Assembly: GCF_963921235.1 (NCBI RefSeq)
Contig: NC_086108.1
Coordinates: 94,366,001 to 94,430,000 of the forward strand
Reading direction: 5' to 3'
From: Mobula hypostoma
Lineage: Eukaryota
DNA length: 64,000 nucleotides
Shown here: piece by piece, positions 50,106 to 61,932 of the stretch
Numbering within the stretch: position 1 is the first letter of the stretch
Layout: every line of letters begins with the position of its first letter
The notes under the pieces: model-generated
Databases searched by the model: none
What the model was told of the DNA's origin: nothing
Seen by the model: the letters and a program-made list of their open reading frames with translations, nothing else
Program-made: the position numbers and the translations under genes

Positions 50106-50958
50106 TGTTACATACTTCATGGATATCTTGTGACTGTCTTATAAGGATGATGTAATGGTCTTGCAGAGGTCACATGATGTAATTTTCCCGCCGATGTGAG
50201 GTCACGTGATGACCTGTTCTCACCAGGTATATAAGAGTATCTGGTGATGCAGTTAGTTTCCAGTTAGATCGTCAGCCAGATACTCCGCTACACTGAGTAT
50301 TAGTCTCATGATGCAGTATAGTTTTAAAAAGGAGTTTTACTTTCTATTGTAAGGTACAGAAGTGTTGGGCCAGCAGTTTCACCAATAGATGCCAGATTTG
50401 TTGATCATCTTTTCAGTAGTATTGGAGAGTGAAGACGGGAACCTGAGGGAGTCGTTCGGCGGTTTTGGAGACGATTGACCATTACTGAATTCGTTCAAGG
50501 GTGGTCTGCATGAGATAACCCCTGCTAAAGTAGAAAAGGTTGTGCAGTATCTAGTTTCCAGAGGAAAAGGTCAGTGCTTTTAAACCATTTTATTTCCGTC
50601 ATCGTGAATCCTGCGGATAAGGCAGCTTCCGGCTGGGATCGGCAGTAACATCGTGTTTTCAAGGAATTCTTTACTTCAGGAAAGTCTCTCCTAACTGACT
50701 GTATAAATATCTTGGACTTTCAAGTTTACCATTCTAATAACTGTGTTCCAATTTACTGCTTTAAGGACTGTGTTCGCATTTACCGCTTTAAGAACTAGTA
50801 CTGAGTTTGGCGGTTTGTTAAATGGCCGCATAGCAGTTTACTTCCAGTTAAGGTTTACGGTTTTTTTTTAAAACTAACTTTGAGCAGAGTTTAATAAATG
50901 ATTATTTGTTTATAAAACCTGACTCATTTCTGTATTCATCGTTGCCGGTCACGTGACA
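50106..50958 (+). mobile_element. Solo LTR (probably Gypsy-type)
   Basis: TGTTAC...GTGACA termini with CCCC on both flanks. TATATAA at 50228-50234 and AATAAA at 50893-50898. Confidence 0.75.
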
Positions 50959-51076
50959 CCCCGCAACCCCATATCCCCCCCCACCCCCCAGTCAACCTCC
51001 AAGGGTGTATGTATACAGGACATTTGATTATGAAAGAACACAACCATTTATTTGATCACATATTGAAACTATTTAC

Positions 51077-51082
<6 letters not shown>

Positions 51083-51126
<44 letters not shown>
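51083..51126. repeat. (AC)22 microsatellite
   Basis: Perfect dinucleotide run abutting the Tc1 TIR. Confidence 0.97.
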
Positions 51127-51130
<4 letters not shown>

Positions 51131-51968
51131 GCATGCAAAAGTTTGGGCACTCCTGGTCAAAATTTCTGTTACTGTGAATAGCTAACCGAGTAAAAGATGA
51201 ACTGATTTCCAAAAGGTATAAAGTTAAAGATGACACATTTCTTTAATATTTTAAGAAAACTTTATTTTCATCTTTTACAGGTTCAAAATAACAAAAAAGG
51301 AAAAAGGCCCAAAGCAAAAGTTTGGGCACCCTGCATAGCAGTACTTAGTAACACCCCCCTTGGCAAGTATCACAGTATGTATACGCTTTTTGTAGCCAGC
51401 TAAGAGTCTTTCAATTCTTGTTTGGAGGATTTTCCCCCATTTTTCCTCGCAAAAGGCTTCTAGTTCTGTGAGATTCTTGGGCTATCTTGCATGCACTGCT
51501 CTTTTGAGGTCTATCCACAGATTCTCGATGATGTTTAGGTCAGGGGACTGTGAGGGCCATGGCAAAACCTTCAGCTTGTGCCTCTTGAGGTAGTCCATTG
51601 TGGATTTTGAGGTGTGTTCAGATTCATTATCCTGTTGTAGAAGCCATCCTCTTTTCATCTTCGGCTTTTTACAGACCGTGTGATGTTGCTTCCAGAATCT
51701 GCAGGTACTTAATTGTATATATTCTTCCCTCTACCAGTAAATGTTCCCCGTGCCACTGGCTGCAACACAAGCCCAAAGCTTGATCAATCCATCCCCATGC
51801 TTAACAGTTGGAGAGGGGTTCTTTTCATGAAATTCTGCACCCTTTTTTCCTCCAAGCATACCTTTCCTAATTGCGGCCAAAAAGTTCTATTCAAAAGGTT
51901 CAAAGGAACATCTAAACAAGCCTGATGCATTTTGGAAACAAGTCCTGTGGACTGATGAAGTTAAAATA
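51126..51968 (-). mobile_element. Tc1 (IR/DR type) transposon, 3' half
   Basis: Terminus CAGTAGCATGCAAAAGTTTGGGCAC with a 16-nt DR at 51135-51150 and 51314-51329. Minus-strand WPSQSPDLNIIENLW at about 51510-51560. Confidence 0.9.
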
Positions 51969-51973
51969 CAAAA

Positions 51974-54181
51974 TGCTCGCAACAAGTGGCTGTGGCAAAA
52001 GAGTACAATAGCAAACGACACTATGAGACGTCACACAGAGAAAAATATGACAAGAACGCAGGACGACTCAGAACGCAAAAGGTAAACGAGCTTGAAGCAG
52101 TTCTGAAAAAAACAACAATCATTATTCACCAAAAGTCGAGAGACTCATGATGGAGCTGTCAAGGCCAGCTATATTATTGCCAACAAAATAGCTACTGCGT
52201 CGAAGCCATACTCAGAGGGGGAATTCATCAAAGCATGCTGATGGCGGCTGAGCTGGTGTGCCCTCAGAAGAGACAGGCTTTTGGTAATATCAGCTTGTCA
52301 AGAAATACTGTGGCAGAGAGAATCGGGGACCTTGCAGGAGATTTGAACAGTCAACTAAAAGACAAAGTGAAGTCATTTATTGCCTTCTCTATTGCAATTG
52401 ATGAGAGCACCGACGTGACTGATGTAGCTCAATTGGGAATATTTATTTGTGGAGATGGTGCCCATGACAAACACCACAACGGCGAACGACATTTTCTCCA
52501 GCCTCATCGAGGCCTTGAACAGACTGGGTGTTGACTGGAGTCACCCTGTTAGGTGTTGTTGCGAAACTCAGAGAGAAAGTTCAGACAGAGAATCCACAGC
52601 AGGAATTCTGGAATTTTCATTGTATTATACACCAAGAGACGTTATGTAGCAGGAGCCTGAAAATGGACAATGTTATGGACGTAGTAATCAAAACGGTTAA
52701 TTTTATTAGAGCCAAGGGACTCAACCATCGGCAATTTGACACTCTTTTGTCCGAAAGTAATACTGGACACGGCCTACCCTACCACACTGAAGTCCGCTGG
52801 TTGAGCAGAGGAGTTGCGCTCAAATGTTTTTTTCAATTACGTGCAGAAATTGGACTATTCATGAACGAGAAAGGGAAGCCAGTGGCAGAGTTGGATGACC
52901 CAGACTGGCTTCATGATCTTGCATTTTTGGTGGATATAACAGAGCACTTAAATCTGCCTAATGTTAACATGCAAGGCCACAACAAACTTGTTACGAAATA
53001 CTACCACAGCATTCATGCCTTTCGAATTAAATTAGACCTATGGGAGATGCAACTATCCCAGAACAGCCCAGCTCACTTCCCCTCTTTGCAGTCTGTGCAT
53101 GTCGCTCATGGGAATAATGACAACATGGACAGGTACGAGGACAAAATATCACGGCTGAAATGTGAGTTTCAGAATCGTTTCGAAGTCTTCGCTCAGCTCG
53201 AGAAGGAATTCTCACTATTTTGCTCGCCGTTTGCTGTCAACGCAGCATCAGATGTGCCGGAGGAACTCCAAATGGAACTAACTGAAATTCAGGTAACTCA
53301 GCTTTGAAATATAAACTTGAGACTGTGGGTCTGGACTCATTCTATCAATACCTGGGACCGATGTACCCCAAGATGACAAACTTTGCCTCAAAGATCCTTT
53401 GCACATTCGGGACAACATATCTCTGTGAGCAGGCGTTCTCCACAATGAATATTAACAAATCCAAACTGCACTCACAGCTGACACACAGACATCTAAATGA
53501 CATTATGAAAATCACAACTGCCCAGAAACTGGTCCCTGATGTTGACAGGCTGGTTAAAGCCAAGAAATGTCAGGTGTCTGGAAGCAGCAAATGAAAAATG
53601 AGTGACTCTGTTCAATGCACTGCAACATGTAAGCAAAATGCATTATGAAATATTGAAATATTGTGATTCATTCACTTTCTGACTATTCTATTATTGTAAA
53701 TGTGATCACTTCAATAAAAATTAGAGAATAACCATGTTCATTGCCTGAGTTTGATTGCTGGAAGCAGGCTAATAAAAATTAGGTGCAGTTGTGTAGCCTA
53801 CATTTACAATTTGTTTTGTTAGGTCTACATTTGTGTCTGCCAATGTTCGATTTCAAATGGTTTATTAATGGAAAGGGTGTGGCTCACAAAATAGCATCTT
53901 TTTTTTCTCTCTCTCATCACAACATTCTTGTAGCCTACGACTATAAGTTAATACCAATCATAAAAATAATGCTTGCTAGGCAATCTTCTTCATAAGAAGC
54001 GAAATTCATAAAGTGAAACACCTTGTAGTTATAGCAGAGACTGAGACACATGAGAACAGGTTGAAAAAACGAAGGCAACAAAAGCTGTGGGAGCACGCAC
54101 TCGTGCACAACTGATCCAGCCCGCATGAAGTCACATTTTGCCCAATCCGGCCCATGACCTAAAATGAGTTTGACACCCCGA
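51974..54181 (+). mobile_element. hAT (SPIN/Buster, GTF2IRD2-like) transposon, left end missing, transposase pseudogene
   Basis: KEYNSKRHYETSH, AIDESTD, FHCIIHQ, EVRWLSRG and FGTTYLCEQAFS (ORFs 52235..53594). Right TIR GAGTTTGACACCCC at about 54166-54179. Confidence 0.9.
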
Positions 54182-54189
54182 TTTACAGA

Positions 54190-54647
54190 CAAAGGAACAC
54201 AGCAACATACCCTGGATCAATTCCTCCATCAAAAACTATTAGCAACTAATACAAACAACAGGAATTCTGCAGATGCTGGAAATTCAAGCAACACACAAAG
54301 TTGGAAGGAAGAGTAACTCTTCCTTCAGTTAGTCCTGACGAAGGGTCTCGGCCTGAAACGCCAACTGTACCTCTCCCTAGAGATGCTGCCTGGCCTGCTG
54401 CGTTCACCAGCAACTTTGATGTGTGTTGCTAGCAACTAATACAGTTTTATAGTACTGTAGTAGTATTGGTAGTATTCCAATTTGTTCTGCATATCATTTA
54501 AATACATAATTTGTTACTAACTTAAACAATAGGTATTTTTTTTTAAAAAAGAAACTATTTCCATGAAACTTTGACTAATAGGAACAGCTGCTTAATTGGG
54601 CCACAATGTACTGGTCCCGATGTGTCCCAATTAACCAGAATCCACTG
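54190..54647. mobile_element. Tc1/mariner-type MITE end hosting a Penelope insertion
   Basis: Ends cccaattaaccagaatccactg|TA at 54647. The partner TIR was not found. Confidence 0.5.
54254..54429. mobile_element. Penelope-terminus inverted insertion with hammerhead motif
   Basis: 14-bp TSD TAGCAACTAATACA (54240-54253, 54430-54443). Inverted tail arm at 54254-54303 and direct arm with CTGACGA...GAAACGCC. Confidence 0.85.
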
Positions 54648-55856
54648 TACTGCTGAGTTACAATTTACAAATTGTCCACCTGGAACTGCAAACACAAGCT
54701 GAGGAACTCAGCAGACACAATTGTTCCAAAGGCTAGTTTCAGGCCACTTACCTGTGCTGTCATCAAGAATTTGTACAATGCCAAATTACTCTGCCCATTT
54801 CAACTAATCCACCCAATAAATTCTTACCCATGTCTTTTTGGGATATCAAATATACTTTTTTGATGCACATCTGGTCAAGGCAGGCAAAACTTTGGTACAA
54901 CATGTGTCCTTACATAAACCAAATCTCTGTTACCACTGAGGAATGCTTTGTACCGCTTTATTAGTATGACAGCTAAAAGGGTTGTGGGGCACGGAGGGAG
55001 AGAGAGGTGGTGGTAGTCAAATTGACTGCGACTGTAAACTGTCTCCGAACATAGGCAAGTGCCGAAAGAATCAAAGACAAGTTGATGAGCATGTGAGAGA
55101 ATAAATTGCAGGAAAATAAGAGGAGGACTGAGACTGATGAGATTGCTCTGCTCAGAACTTGCATGGACCCTATAGGTGAAATGGTGTCCTTCTGTGTAAT
55201 AATAAGCAATCTCCTCAGGCTGTACATGATGATGCTGTGGGAAGAGAAAGATCACAGCAGTTTGCAGAAAAATGGACAATACCACAACTAGATACAAATG
55301 CTAAAGGTTCGAGCGTTTGATCACTATGAAAGTTCATTGAGTAGAAACCAGAGACTAGGGGTAAAAACAGAAGGATAAGCAATGGAAAGGCTGAAGTTGG
55401 ATAACATGGAGGGGTGGGGGGAAGTAACATCTGAAACACAGGAAGACAAATTTGAAATACCATAATGAAAGGTGCATTGGAAATACAGAAAATGGAAGAA
55501 TAGAATGAATTCATACAGGAAGCAGGGTGGGAGGTAGTGGAATCTATGCAGCTGTGGACATATAGTGTGTATTGATTGCTAGCATATAACTCGAATTGGA
55601 TAAATAAGTTGAGGAAAACAGTTTGAGGGGTAGTAGGAAGAGTCAAGTAGAGTTACGTGCACTGTACAAAAGGCAAGTAACTAGCAACAAAGGTCATGAT
55701 GTTTTTTCAAATTGAAGCTAAGAACAGGGACCCATAAAGGAGTGAAACAGAGAATGCTCCACAATTTGCATAAAAGAGACAGGAATAGCTTGTCTGGGAA
55801 GCAAGTAAAATGGAGGGTTTGCTTAATGCGAGAGCAAGTTCAACCAGGCAGTACAG

Positions 55857-56357
55857 CAGACATCCCACCTCTCCTGGAAGTTCCAGGAGTCTCCCGCATA
55901 TTAACAGTGGCTCCCTGATGCCCACAAATTATATACAATATCCCAGAAATCAATTTTTTTGAGAGCGAGAAAGCACGAGAGTGACCACGAGAGAGAGAGA
56001 GAGCGCGCGCGCACCATGGCAGAGTGTTCCAAAAAAGAAAATATAAAACGTACATCACCCCAGACTACCCTAAAATGTTCCCCTGACTATTAGGGGTCAA
56101 AAGTAATGACAGTGTTGCTCGTTGCACTGTTTGCAACAGTGACTTTTCTATGCCCATGGTGGGTTAAGACTGTAAAAGACATGTTGAGGTGAGTTTAACA
56201 GGTGTCATTCATTCATTAGCATAGCTAACGTTATTTAAACTAGCTGGCTAGCTGCTAAGGAGCTACTCTATTGCAGACATCCCACCTCTCCCGGAAGTCT
56301 CCCGCAAATTGATGGTGCTACCTCTCTGAAATGAGTTTTTGCAGGGTGGAATGTCTG
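55857..56357 (+). mobile_element. Second copy of the 6-bp-TSD hAT-like MITE
   Basis: CAGACATCCCACC...GGGTGGAATGTCTG with TSD GTACAG (55851-55856, 56358-56363). Confidence 0.88.
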
Positions 56358-57911
56358 GTACAGGATGATGATGGAAGGGACTGGTTGAGTTTCTGTTCAA
56401 GGAAGATATTCAAGGAGCTTCTTGTCAGGCAGACCTATTGGTAATACTTCCCTCATCATAAAGACACAACTTCAAACAACAATCCATGTTGCTGATGGTT
56501 GACAGCATCTCATCAGCCCTTCAACTGAACAAAAGATCCCAGAGTAATATACAAAGAAGACAGGAAGTTAGTCCAATATCCTGACTAATACATAAAAAAA
56601 ACAGATGTAATTTGTCATATAGTATTTGTGAGTTGGCTGTACATAACTGTCCTTTGTGTTTGCATCAGCTACACAAAGATTCACAAGTAAATCATTTTTG
56701 AAATGCTTTCAGGGCACGATCATTAGCAAACTCAGAATGCCACATCTGAGAACAACTCAAACACAACCAGCAAGAATGGTATTTCAACATGTCAAAACTA
56801 AAATTGACACATCAGTTTAACTGGTTACACTCCAATTTCTTTTCTTTGGTTTTGTGGGTAAAAGTGATGTTATTTTAAAAAATACTTTTTCTGCATCTAG
56901 AAGCCAAGATCAAGAAAGTAATTCCATCTGAATAGAAACTATTTATGTACCTTCTAAAACCTTTCAGTAAAATAATCTTTAAGAATCTATTACTTAAATT
57001 TTAATCTTCCTTTGGGATATTATGTGGTAGAATAAACTTGAACACCATCTCTGCCAGTTTTATTTTGAACTCATCACAAACAGTGAATTCGACAAACAGA
57101 TGTTCATGATCCCCTCTCGTTTTCAGCAGCAACCATAGAGCTCAGCAGAAACAGGTTATAGTAGTCTCAATTTAATTCCCATTAGACTCAATCATAACAC
57201 AAAGCTCCTCTCAAATTCAGCACTTTTTAAAGAGTCACAACAGGCAGAGTAAGAAATGGAAAAGTTTCACTGTTGGAATAACAAGTACTTCTGGAAGACT
57301 GAGTACAATTATATTCCAGAAGAACAACTTCTATCCTTCTGGCCTTCAGCACAGTAGAGGTTTAAAAGTAACTACGGGTACTCACTTTCACTTCACATTA
57401 AGAACAATATGAATGATACCTGTGTGAACAGTCATCATACTGAACTGCTGAATTCACTAAAAGAAAAATATTTCAGCAATGGGTAATGTTAAAAATATTG
57501 CACCTTGGAGGCAATTGCTTACAATTAAACTATTAAAAATTACTTCAATTACTCATTCATGGATATTGTGTTGAACCCTTAAGGCACAGGTAGTGCTTAA
57601 TGTTGTTATATCATACGTGTACTTGGTTACAGATTTTCCAACTCAGGATGAAAAAATATTATCACTATACAATAAGCTTTTAGCATTTATATTAATCCTA
57701 TCTATTAATATTTTAAAATTATTTTTCTGCAACTTGAGAGGCAAACTAAAATTACACAAAACTGAAGAGACTATTACAAAAGTACACTTGATGGTAGTTC
57801 TGCTCAGTAAAATAACAGAGCTTTCATTGATAATATTTACCAGGAACAAATAAGGATCCAGAAAAATCATGTGATCCATAGGCTGTGTTTCCAGTTAAGT
57901 AAAACATTGTA

Positions 57912-59184
57912 CAGGTTTCCCCTGCCATCCGAAGGTAGAGCATTCCTATGAAACGGTTCGTAAGCCGGAATGTCGTAAAGCGAAGAAGCAATTACCATTT
58001 ATTTTTATGAGAAAATTTTGTGAGCATTCACAGACCCAAAAATAACCTACCAAATCATGCCAAATAATACACAAAACCCAAAATAACAGTAACATATAGT
58101 AAAAGCAGGAATATGATATGATAAATACACAGCTTATATAAAGTAGAAATACTTTTCCACAATCATTGCCTGAACTGTTCTCCGTAGCAAAAATCTCACG
58201 CAAGCACTGTTGGCAAAAACACGGCGCAAGCGCTCTTAAGCTATGAAGCTGCCAAATCATACCAAATAACACGTAAAAATACACAGCCGATATAAAGTAG
58301 AAATAATGTATTGCATCGCCTCTGATCTGGGCCGACAATTACATGCCGGGCAGCACCTAATTAATTAGCAAGTTTATTTCAGCTTTTTTCTTAAAGATGT
58401 GCTGTGTGTCTCCCGGCTACTGCCGCATTCTCCGCGAATCGTTTCCTGTCCGCGGCCTGGGTGTTGGGGTGGTGGGACTCTGGGGTGTCATCTCGTCGTC
58501 TGTTTCCATTAGAGCAGGCAGCTCATCTTCCCCTATGACTGCTCACCTCAATGTCGAAGGTTGAGGTTCGTCGTCTGCTGTGGCTGATGTGGAAGGCTTG
58601 CTTGACTGCTAAGCCTTGCGCATTTTTCTATCATACAGTTCTTTGTAAACACTCAAACCATCGTGCAAATATCCTCTAAACTGACATACCCTTTCAAAAT
58701 TAAAGAAATACTTTATCATTACTCATTCGGTTTCGATTGTTATCCTTTCCTCTTCCAATTGCATCAGCTCTTCATCTATCAGTTCTTGGTCATGGGATGC
58801 CAAAACCTCTTCAACATCATCTTCGTCAGCTTCCACAAGCCGAACTCACTTTGTCCTTACTTCGTTCACCATGATCAAAACACTTAATTATGTCTAGTTT
58901 TACGCTAAGTGTAACACCCTTACGAGCTCTTTTAGGCTTTTCTGATACTGTAGAACTCATCTTGGAAACGGCTGCTCACAGGCACGTGTTTAAGCAATGC
59001 CGGCGAGAATACCGTTCCGAATCCGGGGGAGAGCCACTGCTTGGGGCGCGCTGATTTTTTTCCGCATGCTGCTTTTTTCGTAACAGTGAAAACACCTTCT
59101 GCTAGCGAAAACAGGGTACTAATGTCAGTCTTTCGTAACAGTGAAGTTTCATAAAGCGAACGTTCGAAAAGCGGGGGACACCTG
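57912..59184 (-). mobile_element. Tigger/pogo-derived non-autonomous element
   Basis: Imperfect TIRs CAGGTTTCCCCTGCCATCCGAA / TTCGAAAAGCGGGGGACACCTG with a TA TSD. Minus-strand acidic remnant EADEDDVEEVLASHDQELIDEELMQLEE at about 58750-58835. Confidence 0.85.
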
Positions 59185-60231
59185 TATCAGAAACAGTATA
59201 TCCACTATTACTAACATCAAAGAAAATCGTTTAAAAGATGATGTGGATGTGAAAATACAGAATTAGATATCTAGATGCCTGGATTAATAATTTGCAAATA
59301 TTCAAATCCCATCACAGCAACTGGGGAATTTAAATGCAATTAATTAAACTAACTTGTATCAAAAGTTTGTTTCAGGAATGCTGACCTTGAAACTGCTAGC
59401 AAACAGTAAAGTTTAGGGAACTCGGGAAAGGAAATTCATTGTCATTTCCTGGGTTGGACAAATGTGATTCCAGACCTATAGGAAAACGGCTGAATTTTGA
59501 CTGAATGGCTGAAAAGTTCTGAGATAGCCTAGCAAAGCAATCAGTTGCATTGCACAGCCATCTTTCATGGACTGCAGCAGATCAACGTAATGGCACACCA
59601 TGCAAAGAGCAGAATTGCCCTAAATGGCAAAACTGAAATTTCCTAAATGAACAAGTAACTGCTCTACTGTAAGAACTACAGTTGTTCTTTAACATTTGCA
59701 CAGTAGTGGCATGCTTTTCTTTTCTCTGACATTTTTGCAAGTTATTTCACATAACACAACTGCGATATTCCATAAAATTGAGAGAAGTGGTGGGAAAGTA
59801 GTAACTGAAACATTAGCTACTGCAGACACAAAACATGTAGTTCATTTACTTCCTGTATGTTAGAAATTGGAAAGGCCTAGAAGCTGCTTTAGAGGTGCAA
59901 GCTATTTTGCAACTCAAATATCTCATTAATATAACCCAACAGACCGCAGCAAAGATTCTACAAATAAACAAGCTGGTATCCCAAAGAGAGCACAGCACTG
60001 TCCAAGAAAGGTGCATACAAGAGGAACAGGAATTGAATATTTATCCCCTCTAACTTGTTCCATCATAAGTGATCCATAATTGAACTCCATATTTACACAG
60101 CTAACCTAACGGTAAAATTCAGGTAACCCTGCATATGTGTAATGCCAGGTTTTCTGGACTCTGGCTATGTTTGCAATTAACACTCTGGCAGTGTTTAATC
60201 CAGTTCATTTTGTAAGATGATACACATCTTC

Positions 60232-60929
60232 TTTTGAAGACCCTGACCTGGAGTTACACACTGACTACGGTTCTTTGTGGGAATGGGACCGTAACTGGCC
60301 GTTGTTCGGCATGCCTAAGGCTTGGCCTAAGAGTCCGGCTCGAATTCGGAAGCCTAGGATCTCGGGGCTCTGGAGACGGGCAGATTGAGGGTCGGTGTCA
60401 GGACAGGAGACCCGTGTGTCATCGGGGGAGTCGGCATATCTGCTGTGTGCCTGGAGACCCGGGATTGTTGCGATCTTCAGGCACAGAGCTCGTAAAAAGC
60501 GACATAATGGACTTTTTAAACATCGTAAACCAGCGAGTTGTTTGTTATGTCTCCCCGATCGCTGGGAAAATGGAGACACCTCTTTCTCCCTTATTAGGCA
60601 GAGAGAGAACCTGCAATATGTCAAATACCAGCTGAAAGGCAGTCTCTGGGGTAACTGCAAGTCTGTGTCTTTGCTATTGCTTTGCTCACACTTAAGTGCT
60701 CAGTGGAAGTGCCAATGCATTCTTTTTACCGATGGGGGACAGGAGATTAGTGCTTACTGCCGCTTACGCATGGGGGGGGGAGACTTTGGGGTTCTAACAT
60801 TTAACTGTCATTGTCACTCATTCTTTGGGGCACACCTCTGTTTTCGTGAATGGTTGCGAAGAAAAAGCATTTCAGGATGTACATTGCATACATTTCTCTG
60901 ACATTAAATTGTTCCTTTGAACCTTTGAA
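60232..60929 (+). mobile_element. Non-autonomous retroposon with (CCTTTGAA)n tail
   Basis: GC/CpG-rich island in an AT-rich background, with a 3' end resembling that of 4357-5217. No credible ORF. Confidence 0.5.
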
Positions 60930-61351
60930 TGACATAATCAACTTTCTAGCAAACTCATTAAGCTTCAACAGTGTGAGAGAAGCCTAGACCCTACTGTGCT
61001 GAGAGAAATCAGAGCACCAACATCCAGGGAGTGGATCCTGAACCATAGATTTCCAAAGAATTCAGTAGGGGGAATATCAATATTTTACTACATACCTTAA
61101 ATTTTTATTATTAAATTTGCTAATCCAGCACATCATTTTTGGCTGATGAGCTCCAAATTTTTTCCATCACCTGCTTAATAAAGAACAACCAACCCTGTTT
61201 CTACTGAATATTGATTTAAAAATATACATGAGCACATCAGCGTTGTGTGGCCATCTGGCTCTTATCCCCTGGCATCTCTTTAACATGGATATCAAATTTT
61301 TCAATATTTACCAAATTAAACAATGTAAAGAGATTCCATTCCTGAATGGTT

Positions 61352-61647
61352 TAAGGTGGCACTGGTGACGCACAGTGACGACTTGCTGGTAGCAAACAAA
61401 ACCATAAATTATTGTTATTCATCATACTTTTTCTTCAGAAATTATCACTGCAATCAATAGCCTGCAACTCCCCTTTTGGAGTTGAGCTTTTGAACCACCT
61501 GTACAACCTAGCATTTTTGCAGTGACAACTGAAATCTTGAAAGCGCAGGATGGTTGTGGTACGGCATGCACAACAGAATCAAGACAGCGGGGCTGAGTGT
61601 GTGGAATAAACCAACGTCTGGCCATTGCTGAAGAGAATTCGGGGGTG
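61352..61647 (+). mobile_element. 5' part of the 4357-type retroposon, interrupted by Gypsy
   Basis: Collinear blocks shared with 4357-4663 (tagcctgcaact, ctagcatttttgc, ccattgctga). Confidence 0.7.
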
Positions 61648-61932
61648 TGTAGCGATGTGCTACACACAGCGCTAGAATAACCACACGGAGTCAGTGAGTT
61701 AGAGTTGCGATGAAAGAGATTTATTCAAACTTCGCGGCCCGCTTTAAAGCCTTCCCGTTCCCGCCCTCCCTGGGCGGGACTACTGTGGGGAATGTATATT
61801 CCCAGACCCTTTCCGCGCGTGGGATTTTTCCCCTGCTGGTGAAGATGGCCTGGCGCCCTTTTTGCTGCCGGCCCTCTGCCTGCACGCGCTGTTGTGAGCC
61901 AGTTCGTGTGTGCCAGAAAGTGGGCCGCCACA
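61648..61932 (-). repeat. 3' LTR of the Gypsy element (285 bp)
   Basis: Termini TGTAGCG / CGCCACA. Minus-strand AATAAA at 61720-61725 and a G-run polypurine tract at about 61936-61950. Confidence 0.88.

Noticed and set aside
52235..53594. GTF2IRD2/EPM2AIP1-like domesticated host gene
   Set aside because: Frameshifts, an internal deletion and a retained TIR indicate a decayed hAT transposon.
54752..54790. Possible minus-strand micro-exon ending CAG|GTAAGT (SNLALYKFLMTAQ)
   Set aside because: No polypyrimidine tract and no recognisable peptide.
57387..57457. Possible minus-strand exon (tttttcttttAG ... GTGAGT)
   Set aside because: Stops occur in all frames to that donor. Splice-like motifs alone are common by chance.
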